NCBI GenBank assembly: GCA_018672285.1
Contig: JABHGC010000237.1
Span: 17,883-81,882 of the forward strand
DNA from: Methylococcales bacterium
Lineage (GTDB): Bacteria > Pseudomonadota > Gammaproteobacteria > JABHGC01
DNA length: 64,000 nucleotides
Direction: 5' to 3'
A program made the translations under genes and the position numbers. Each line of letters begins with the position of its first letter. The stretch's first letter is position 1. Positions 58,118 to 64,000 of the stretch are shown here, piece by piece. The notes beneath the pieces were generated by a model. It saw only the letters and a program-made list of their open reading frames with translations. It was not told the origin of the DNA and did no database searches.

Positions 58118-59691
58118 TATGTCGGCTCTTTAGGTGAGTTATTAGTTGGCTCGTTTGTCGTTTTTGCTTCTTCTTGTTGTGCTTTTTTTGCTTTTACACG
58201 TGCCATTGCTTCAGCGATCGCAGCTTTTTTAGCGGCTTTATCATCACTGGATTCGCTGTTTTTGAGTGCCTCTTTTTTCTTTCTGCGCTTGGCTTCCATT
58301 TCGGCTTTTTTCTTTTCGGTTCTAGCTATCCGAGCTTCGTGACGGTCTCTTGCGATATCGGCTTTTTCTTTTTCTACGGCTTGGAGTTGAATGTCTGCTT
58401 TTGCAAATCGGTAGTATTGCACAAGAGGGATATGGCTTGGGCAAATGTAGGCGCAAGCACCACATTCAATGCAATCAAATAAATGGTGTTGTTCTGCTTT
58501 ATCCAGTTCTTTCGCTCGGGCAAACCAATACAGTTGTTGTGGCAATAAGCTGGCAGGGCAAACTTCAGCACATTTACCGCAGCGAATGCATGGCATCGGT
58601 GTTGGTGGCTTTTCCTGTTTGTTAACCAAAATACAATTAATACCTTTGCTAATAGGCGCTGTATTTTGCTTTAACTCGAACCCCATCATAGGGCCGCCAG
58701 CAATAAAGCTTGAATCCGCTTTAATGTTGCCATGTTGTTGTAATAAAAAGTCAATGGGGGTGCCGAGTAACACTTCGTAATTTTGCCCGTGCTCAAGGTT
58801 GTTGCCTGTGACAGTGACGATTCTAGATAGCAGCGGACGGTCGTACACCACCGCTTGATAGGTGGCAAAAGCGGTACCGACATTTTGGCAAATGACGCCA
58901 ATCTGTGATGGAAAGCCACCACTAGGAACTTCTCTGCCTGTCAGAACCTTAATCAGCTGTTTTTCACCGCCGGTTGGGTAAATAGAAGGAATGCGCTCGA
59001 TGACGATGTCGTGGTGGTTGGATGCTTCTAGTGCTTTGCTAATGGCGTTGTATGCGGCAACCATATCGGTCTCAATACCGATGATGATGTGTTTAACGCC
59101 GAGTATGTGTCGCATGATGATGGCGCCACACAGTATGTTGTCACTGTGCTCACGTAGCAGCATATCGTCACAGGTGATGTACGGTTCGCACTCTGCGGCA
59201 TTAATAATGAGCGTATCTAGGAGGGTGTGCTGCCCAGGGTTCAATTTGACATGGGTGGGGAAGGTAGCTCCGCCTAAACCGACAATGCCTTTGCGTTGAA
59301 TGAGTTTGACTAAGGTTTGGCTGGAGTGGCCAAGTGGGTTGTCTTTTTTAGGGTGCTCTGAGACCCATTGATCCTTGCCATCGGTTGTGAGCACAATGCA
59401 CTTGTGGCTTAGACCAGATGGGTGGGCAATTGGGCGCTGTTCAATGGCGCTAATGGTGCCAGAGGTTGGTGCGTGAATGGGGGCGCTGATGTTGCCTTCA
59501 CAGCGAGCAATGAGTTGGCCTTTAAAAACGGTATCACCAACATTGACGATGACTTTCGCTATGTGCCCAATATGCTGTTGTAAAGGCAGAATTAGCTCGG
59601 GAGGGGTGGGGCATTGAGCAATAGGGGTTGTTGTTGAAAGCAGTTTATGGCGTTTTAATTGGACGCCACCATGAAAGCTGGAAAGGGTCAT
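58117..59691 (-). CDS. rnfC: Rnf complex subunit C (NADH-binding, 2x[4Fe-4S]) with Lys/Ala/Glu-rich C-terminal tail
   Basis: 524 aa, '[12 protein letters not shown]' and '[12 protein letters not shown]' ferredoxin motifs, C-terminal charged low-complexity extension. Confidence 0.9.
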   Translation of the reverse strand: MTLSSFHGGVQLKRHKLLSTTTPIAQCPTPPELILPLQQHIGHIAKVIVNVGDTVFKGQLIARCEGNISAPIHAPTSGTISAIEQRPIAHPSGLSHKCIVLTTDGKDQWVSEHPKKDNPLGHSSQTLVKLIQRKGIVGLGGATFPTHVKLNPGQHTLLDTLIINAAECEPYITCDDMLLREHSDNILCGAIIMRHILGVKHIIIGIETDMVAAYNAISKALEASNHHDIVIERIPSIYPTGGEKQLIKVLTGREVPSGGFPSQIGVICQNVGTAFATYQAVVYDRPLLSRIVTVTGNNLEHGQNYEVLLGTPIDFLLQQHGNIKADSSFIAGGPMMGFELKQNTAPISKGINCILVNKQEKPPTPMPCIRCGKCAEVCPASLLPQQLYWFARAKELDKAEQHHLFDCIECGACAYICPSHIPLVQYYRFAKADIQLQAVEKEKADIARDRHEARIARTEKKKAEMEAKRRKKKEALKNSESSDDKAAKKAAIAEAMARVKAKKAQQEEAKTTNEPTNNSPKEPT

Positions 59692-60242
59692 TGTGTTGGC
59701 TCCTGCTGATCAGGATGTAGCCAGGTCCAGTTGTTTAGAGTGGTTTCAACTATGGGCATGTCAATACAGTCCACGGGGCAGACGGGGACGCATAATTCAC
59801 ACCCGGTACACTCTTTTTGATAGACCGTGTGCATCATTTTTCCGGTGCCGATAATGCAGTCAACGGGGCATGCTGTAATACATTTGGTGCAACCAATGCA
59901 TTCTGGTTCTCGAATGTAAGCCACCATTTTTGGCTTTTCAATTCCGTTTTCTTCATTAAGGGGTTTGATTTCTTTATCGAGTAAGTCAGCAAGCTGGATA
60001 ATGGTGGCTTCACCCCCTGGAGGGCATTGGTTGATATCTGCTTCATCTGAGGCAATGGCTGTTGCATAGGGTTTACAGCCTGCAAAACCACATTGTCCAC
60101 ATTGTGTTTGCGGTAAAATGGCATCAATTTGGTCAACAATAGGGTCTTCATCAACATGAAAGCGGATAGCTGAATAGCCTAATATCAGGCCAAATATAGT
60201 CCCTAAAGCGGTAAGGATGAGGATGGCGAAAAGGATGGTCAT
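59688..60242 (-). CDS. rnfB: Rnf complex subunit B (Fe-S)
   Basis: 184 aa, N-terminal TM, '[13 protein letters not shown]' and two ferredoxin-type 4Fe-4S motifs. Confidence 0.9.
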   Translation of the reverse strand: MTILFAILILTALGTIFGLILGYSAIRFHVDEDPIVDQIDAILPQTQCGQCGFAGCKPYATAIASDEADINQCPPGGEATIIQLADLLDKEIKPLNEENGIEKPKMVAYIREPECIGCTKCITACPVDCIIGTGKMMHTVYQKECTGCELCVPVCPVDCIDMPIVETTLNNWTWLHPDQQEPTQ

Positions 60243-60829
60243 TACTTGATCAACCCTGTGAATCCCATGAATGCCAGTGACATTAGGCCGGCTGTGACCA
60301 TGGCGATCGCATTACCTCTAAATGCATTCGGGACGTCTGCTACGGCAATGCGCTCACGCATTGCTGAAAATAACACCAATACTAGAGTAAATCCCATCGC
60401 AGAACCAAAGCCATATACAGCTGATTCAAAGAATCCGTGGTCTTTTTGTGTGTTTAATAAAGCCACGCCAAGTACGGCGCAGTTTGTGGTGATTAACGGG
60501 AGGTAAATACCGAGGACTTGATGTAACAGTGGGCTGGTTTTCTTAACTGCCATTTCGGTGAACTGCACCACAACAGCGATCACCACAATAAAACTGATGG
60601 TTCTTAAAAACTCGATGCCATACGGTTCTAGGAGGTAGTGATTGACGAGATAGCTGCAAACGGAAGATAGGGTCAGTACAAAAGTGGTGGCAAGCCCCAT
60701 GCCGATAGCCGTTTCATATTTACGTGAAACGCCCATAAATGGACACAACCCTAAAAACTGTGAAAGCACAATGTTGTTGACCAACACTGTACCGAGCAAA
60801 ATCATTAGAAATTGTGTGATTGAGTCCAT
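60242..60829 (-). CDS. rnfA: Rnf complex subunit A
   Basis: 195-aa membrane protein beginning '[35 protein letters not shown]', typical of RnfA/RsxA. Confidence 0.9.
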   Translation of the reverse strand: MDSITQFLMILLGTVLVNNIVLSQFLGLCPFMGVSRKYETAIGMGLATTFVLTLSSVCSYLVNHYLLEPYGIEFLRTISFIVVIAVVVQFTEMAVKKTSPLLHQVLGIYLPLITTNCAVLGVALLNTQKDHGFFESAVYGFGSAMGFTLVLVLFSAMRERIAVADVPNAFRGNAIAMVTAGLMSLAFMGFTGLIK

Positions 60830-60831
60830 CG

Positions 60832-62847
60832 CTACTTAATTCTCATACCGGGTTGGGCCCCGTCATCAGGGCTTAAAATCCATAAGTCTTTTTTGCCTGG
60901 GCCTGCTGCTAGTACCATACCTTCTGATAAGCCAAAACGCATTTTGCGTGGGGCTAAGTTGGCAACCATGACGGTCATTTTGCCAATTAAATCTTCAGGG
61001 GCGTAAGCTGATTTAATGCCAGCAAAAACGTTTTTACTATCGCCACCAATATCCAGTGTGAGTTGGAGTAATTTGTTGGCGCCTTCAACATGCTGGGCAT
61101 CAACAATTTTAGCGACTCGTAAATCAATTTTGGCAAAATCATCAAAGCTAATTTCTGGGCTGAGTGGGTCTTTGCTTAATTCTGTTTCAGGTGCGCTATT
61201 TTCTGCCACTAAATCTTCCTTGGATGCATCCATCATTGCATCTATTTGTTTTGTATCAACCCGAGTCATCAGTGGTTTATAGGGCTCGATAGCATGGTCA
61301 AGTAGCATGGTTTGGCTATCTGACCATTGTTGTGTGGGCTCATTTAAAAAGGTGGCCACATTATCGGCCATCTGCGGCAAAATGGGCTTGAGGTAGATCA
61401 TTAATAAACGAAATAAATTAATGGCCGTACTGCAGACCGCATGCAAATGTTCGTCTGAGCCTTCTTGCTTGGCAATCACCCAGGGTTTTTCTGCATCAAT
61501 GTATTGGTTGGCTTTATCTGCTAGCGCAATGATATGGCGGCATGCTTTACTAAAATTGCGGCTTTCAAAATCGTTGGCGATCACGCTTTGTGCCGCTTGA
61601 AACTCTTCTACCAAGCTGGTGTCCGGTAAGCTTGCTGCAAGCTTGCCGTCAAAGCGTTTTTTAATAAAGCCACTACAGCGGCTCGCTATATTCACCACTT
61701 TATTGACTAAATCGGTATTCACTCGTTGGGCAAAATCTTCCATGTTAAGGTCAATATCATCAATTTTGGCAGTGAGTTTGGCGGCAAAGTAGTAACGCAA
61801 ATATTGTGGATTCAAGTGGTCTAGGTAGGTGCGGGCTTTAATGAACGTCCCACGAGACTTAGACATTTTGGCGCCATCAACGGTTAAAAAACCATGTGCA
61901 AAAATTGCGGTCGGGGTTCGTAAATTGGCACCATGCAGCATGGCAGGCCAAAATAACGAATGAAAGTAGATGATGTCTTTCCCAATAAAGTGGTAAAGCT
62001 CGTGTTCGCTATCGGCATTCCAGTAGTCATCAAAACTCAGCTCGCTTTGTTTACAGTAGGCTTTAAAGCTCGCCATGTAGCCGATGGGCGCATCTAGCCA
62101 AACGTAGAAAAATTTATCGGTGGTGCCTGGGATGTTGAACCCAAAGTAAGGCGCATCTCGGGAGATGTCCCAGTTTTTGAGCCCTTGTTCAAACCACTCA
62201 TTGAGTTTGTTGCTCATCTCTTCTTGGAGGTGACCACCTTGAGTCCAATTTTTAAGCATCGCTTCAAAGTCTTGGAGTTTGAAAAAGTAGTGCTCAGACT
62301 CTTTCTCTATGGGTTTGCTGCCTGAAACAGCTGAATAAGGGTTGATCAAATCGGTTGTGCTGTAGGTGGCACTGCATACTTCACAGCCATCACCATATTG
62401 ATCTTTTGCATGACACTTAGGGCACTCACCTTTTATAAAGCGATCAGGGAGGAACATTTCTTTTTCAGGGTCATACGCTTGGGTAATGGTTTTCTTTTCA
62501 ATATGACCGCCATCGTTAAGACGGTTGTACACCAGCTCAGAGAGTTCTTGGTTTTCACTGCTGTGAGTGGAGTGAAAAAAATCAAAGTTCACGCCGAAAT
62601 CTGCAAAATCTGTCTGATGCTCTTCACTGGACTTAGCAATTAGTGCCTCAGGTGTGACCCCTTCTTTTTGCGCTCGCAGCATAATGGGTGTGCCGTGCGT
62701 GTCATCAGCACAGACATAAGTGCACTCATGTCCTTGCATTTTTAGGTAGCGTACCCAGATGTCAGTTTGGATATATTCGACAAGGTGGCCAATATGAATA
62801 GAGCCATTGGCATAAGGGAGGGCACTGGTGACAAGAATTTTACGCAT
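60832..62847 (-). CDS. metG: methionyl-tRNA synthetase (with C-terminal tRNA-binding domain)
   Basis: 671 aa, '[11 protein letters not shown]' HIGH motif, 'KMSKS', zinc knuckle 'CPKC...CEVC', C-terminal EMAP-like domain. Confidence 0.95.
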   Translation of the reverse strand: MRKILVTSALPYANGSIHIGHLVEYIQTDIWVRYLKMQGHECTYVCADDTHGTPIMLRAQKEGVTPEALIAKSSEEHQTDFADFGVNFDFFHSTHSSENQELSELVYNRLNDGGHIEKKTITQAYDPEKEMFLPDRFIKGECPKCHAKDQYGDGCEVCSATYSTTDLINPYSAVSGSKPIEKESEHYFFKLQDFEAMLKNWTQGGHLQEEMSNKLNEWFEQGLKNWDISRDAPYFGFNIPGTTDKFFYVWLDAPIGYMASFKAYCKQSELSFDDYWNADSEHELYHFIGKDIIYFHSLFWPAMLHGANLRTPTAIFAHGFLTVDGAKMSKSRGTFIKARTYLDHLNPQYLRYYFAAKLTAKIDDIDLNMEDFAQRVNTDLVNKVVNIASRCSGFIKKRFDGKLAASLPDTSLVEEFQAAQSVIANDFESRNFSKACRHIIALADKANQYIDAEKPWVIAKQEGSDEHLHAVCSTAINLFRLLMIYLKPILPQMADNVATFLNEPTQQWSDSQTMLLDHAIEPYKPLMTRVDTKQIDAMMDASKEDLVAENSAPETELSKDPLSPEISFDDFAKIDLRVAKIVDAQHVEGANKLLQLTLDIGGDSKNVFAGIKSAYAPEDLIGKMTVMVANLAPRKMRFGLSEGMVLAAGPGKKDLWILSPDDGAQPGMRIK

Positions 62848-63065
62848 TTGAGTTTACCTGGACAATCGGACTATTTTGGAAGTGGCTAGGGTAACGAATT
62901 TATGGGTTGCTGGTAAAGGGGTGGTGTGGCCGTTGTTAGTGTCAGTTACCAACAAAACCCTGCAATCATCGGCGTATAAATATTACGGACACTAACGATT
63001 GCTTGGTGTAGAATCCGCTGCAGTGTTTAAGCACATGCGAACATAGTGTCTTTTGTAAGGAGTTT

Positions 63066-64000
63066 ATGATGGCTGACGTTACCCAGAGTCAAGTTGAAGC
63101 AGCAATTAAAGAATACATCGATCCATTTTCAGAAAAAGATTTGGTGGCGACAAAAGCCATTAAAAATATCGAAGTGAATGGCAGCGCCGTAAAGGTCAGT
63201 GTCACACTAGGCTATCCTGCTAAAAGCTTTGTTGAAACGCTGACTAATGAGTTAAAGAGTCGCATCGAGGGTATAGATGGTGTGGACTCTGCTGACATTT
63301 CAGTTGACTGGAAAATTGCAGCACATGCGGTGCAAAAGACCTTAAAGCCGATTGAAGGGGTTAAAAATATTATCGCTATTGCCTCTGGTAAAGGTGGTGT
63401 TGGTAAATCAACCACTGCCGTGAACTTAGCATTGGCACTCTCAGCTGAAGGCGCAACGGTTGGTATATTGGATGCGGATATTTATGGCCCAAGTCAGCCT
63501 CGTATGTTGGGTGTTGAAGGTGGCAAGCCTGAATCAGATGATGGTCAGACTTTAGAGCCAATGAACAGCTATCACATTCAGTCTATGTCTATCGGTTTCT
63601 TAATTGACGCTGAAACACCCATGATCTGGCGTGGCCCAATGGTAACGCAAGCATTAGAGCAGTTACTAAAAGACACCAAATGGCGTGATGTGGATTACTT
63701 AATTGTTGATTTACCACCAGGAACGGGTGATATCCAATTAACATTGGCGCAAAAAGTGCCTGTGAGTGGCGCTGTGATTGTGACTACACCTCAGGATATT
63801 GCCTTATTAGATGCTCGTAAGGGTCTAAAAATGTTCCAGAAAGTGGAAGTGCCTGTGTTAGGTATTGTTGAAAACATGAGCATTCATATTTGTAGTGAAT
63901 GTGGTCATGAAGAGCATATCTTTGGTCAAGGTGGCGGTATGGCGATGTCAGATGACTACGATGTGGATTTCTTGGGTGCTTTGCCTTTGGATATGTCCAT
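63066..64000 (+). CDS. apbC: Mrp/ApbC iron-sulfur cluster carrier ATPase (partial; runs off the window end)
   Basis: Translation from ATG 63066: 'MMADVTQSQVEAAIKEYIDPF...IIAIASGKGGVGKSTTAVNLALAL...', with Walker A 'GKGGVGKST' and 'CxxC' region. Divergent from metG as in E. coli. Not in the ORF track because there is no stop within the window. Confidence 0.85.
   Translation, partial: MMADVTQSQVEAAIKEYIDPFSEKDLVATKAIKNIEVNGSAVKVSVTLGYPAKSFVETLTNELKSRIEGIDGVDSADISVDWKIAAHAVQKTLKPIEGVKNIIAIASGKGGVGKSTTAVNLALALSAEGATVGILDADIYGPSQPRMLGVEGGKPESDDGQTLEPMNSYHIQSMSIGFLIDAETPMIWRGPMVTQALEQLLKDTKWRDVDYLIVDLPPGTGDIQLTLAQKVPVSGAVIVTTPQDIALLDARKGLKMFQKVEVPVLGIVENMSIHICSECGHEEHIFGQGGGMAMSDDYDVDFLGALPLDMS

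Overview
Gammaproteobacterial-type chromosomal segment; the gene order yrbG-kdsD-kdsC-lptC, rnfABCDGE-nth and divergent metG/apbC is the classic enterobacterial/gamma arrangement. The first ~26 kb is core metabolism: LPS/KDO genes, an arginine-biosynthesis cluster argD-argF-(SH3 protein)-argE-argA with argG nearby, sodB, asnB, grxD, rnt-pyrC, and a pyruvate dehydrogenase operon aceE-aceF followed by an lpd that carries its own N-terminal lipoyl domain. The middle, 26-55 kb, is accessory-like. It holds a membrane GGDEF cyclase and an ammonium-transporter/HAMP-array/MCP fusion receptor. It holds a large secreted chitinase with GH18 and GH19 catalytic domains, split by a frameshift inside a G8 homopolymer. 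A signalling island follows: periplasmic binding protein, NarL-type regulator, pseudo-receiver/CheX-like protein, HisKA_3 kinase and a GAF-GGDEF-EAL protein. Two tandem paralogous TpsA-like giant exoproteins of 2103 and 1412 aa lie there with no TpsB in the window. At 40.7-43.6 kb sits a four-gene minus-strand operon that I consider the most interesting element. It encodes a Sec-signal precursor with twelve SCG motifs in 9-aa 'SCGDK(G/A)KA(A/G)' repeats, a DUF692/MNIO enzyme, a DUF2063 partner and a DoxX-family membrane protein interrupted by an in-frame TAG. That is the architecture of methanobactin/bufferin/HvfA-type copper-binding RiPP systems, but with a repeat unit I do not recognise as described. 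The window ends with the rnf operon, metG and the start of apbC. No rRNA, tRNA, CRISPR arrays or obvious transposases were seen.
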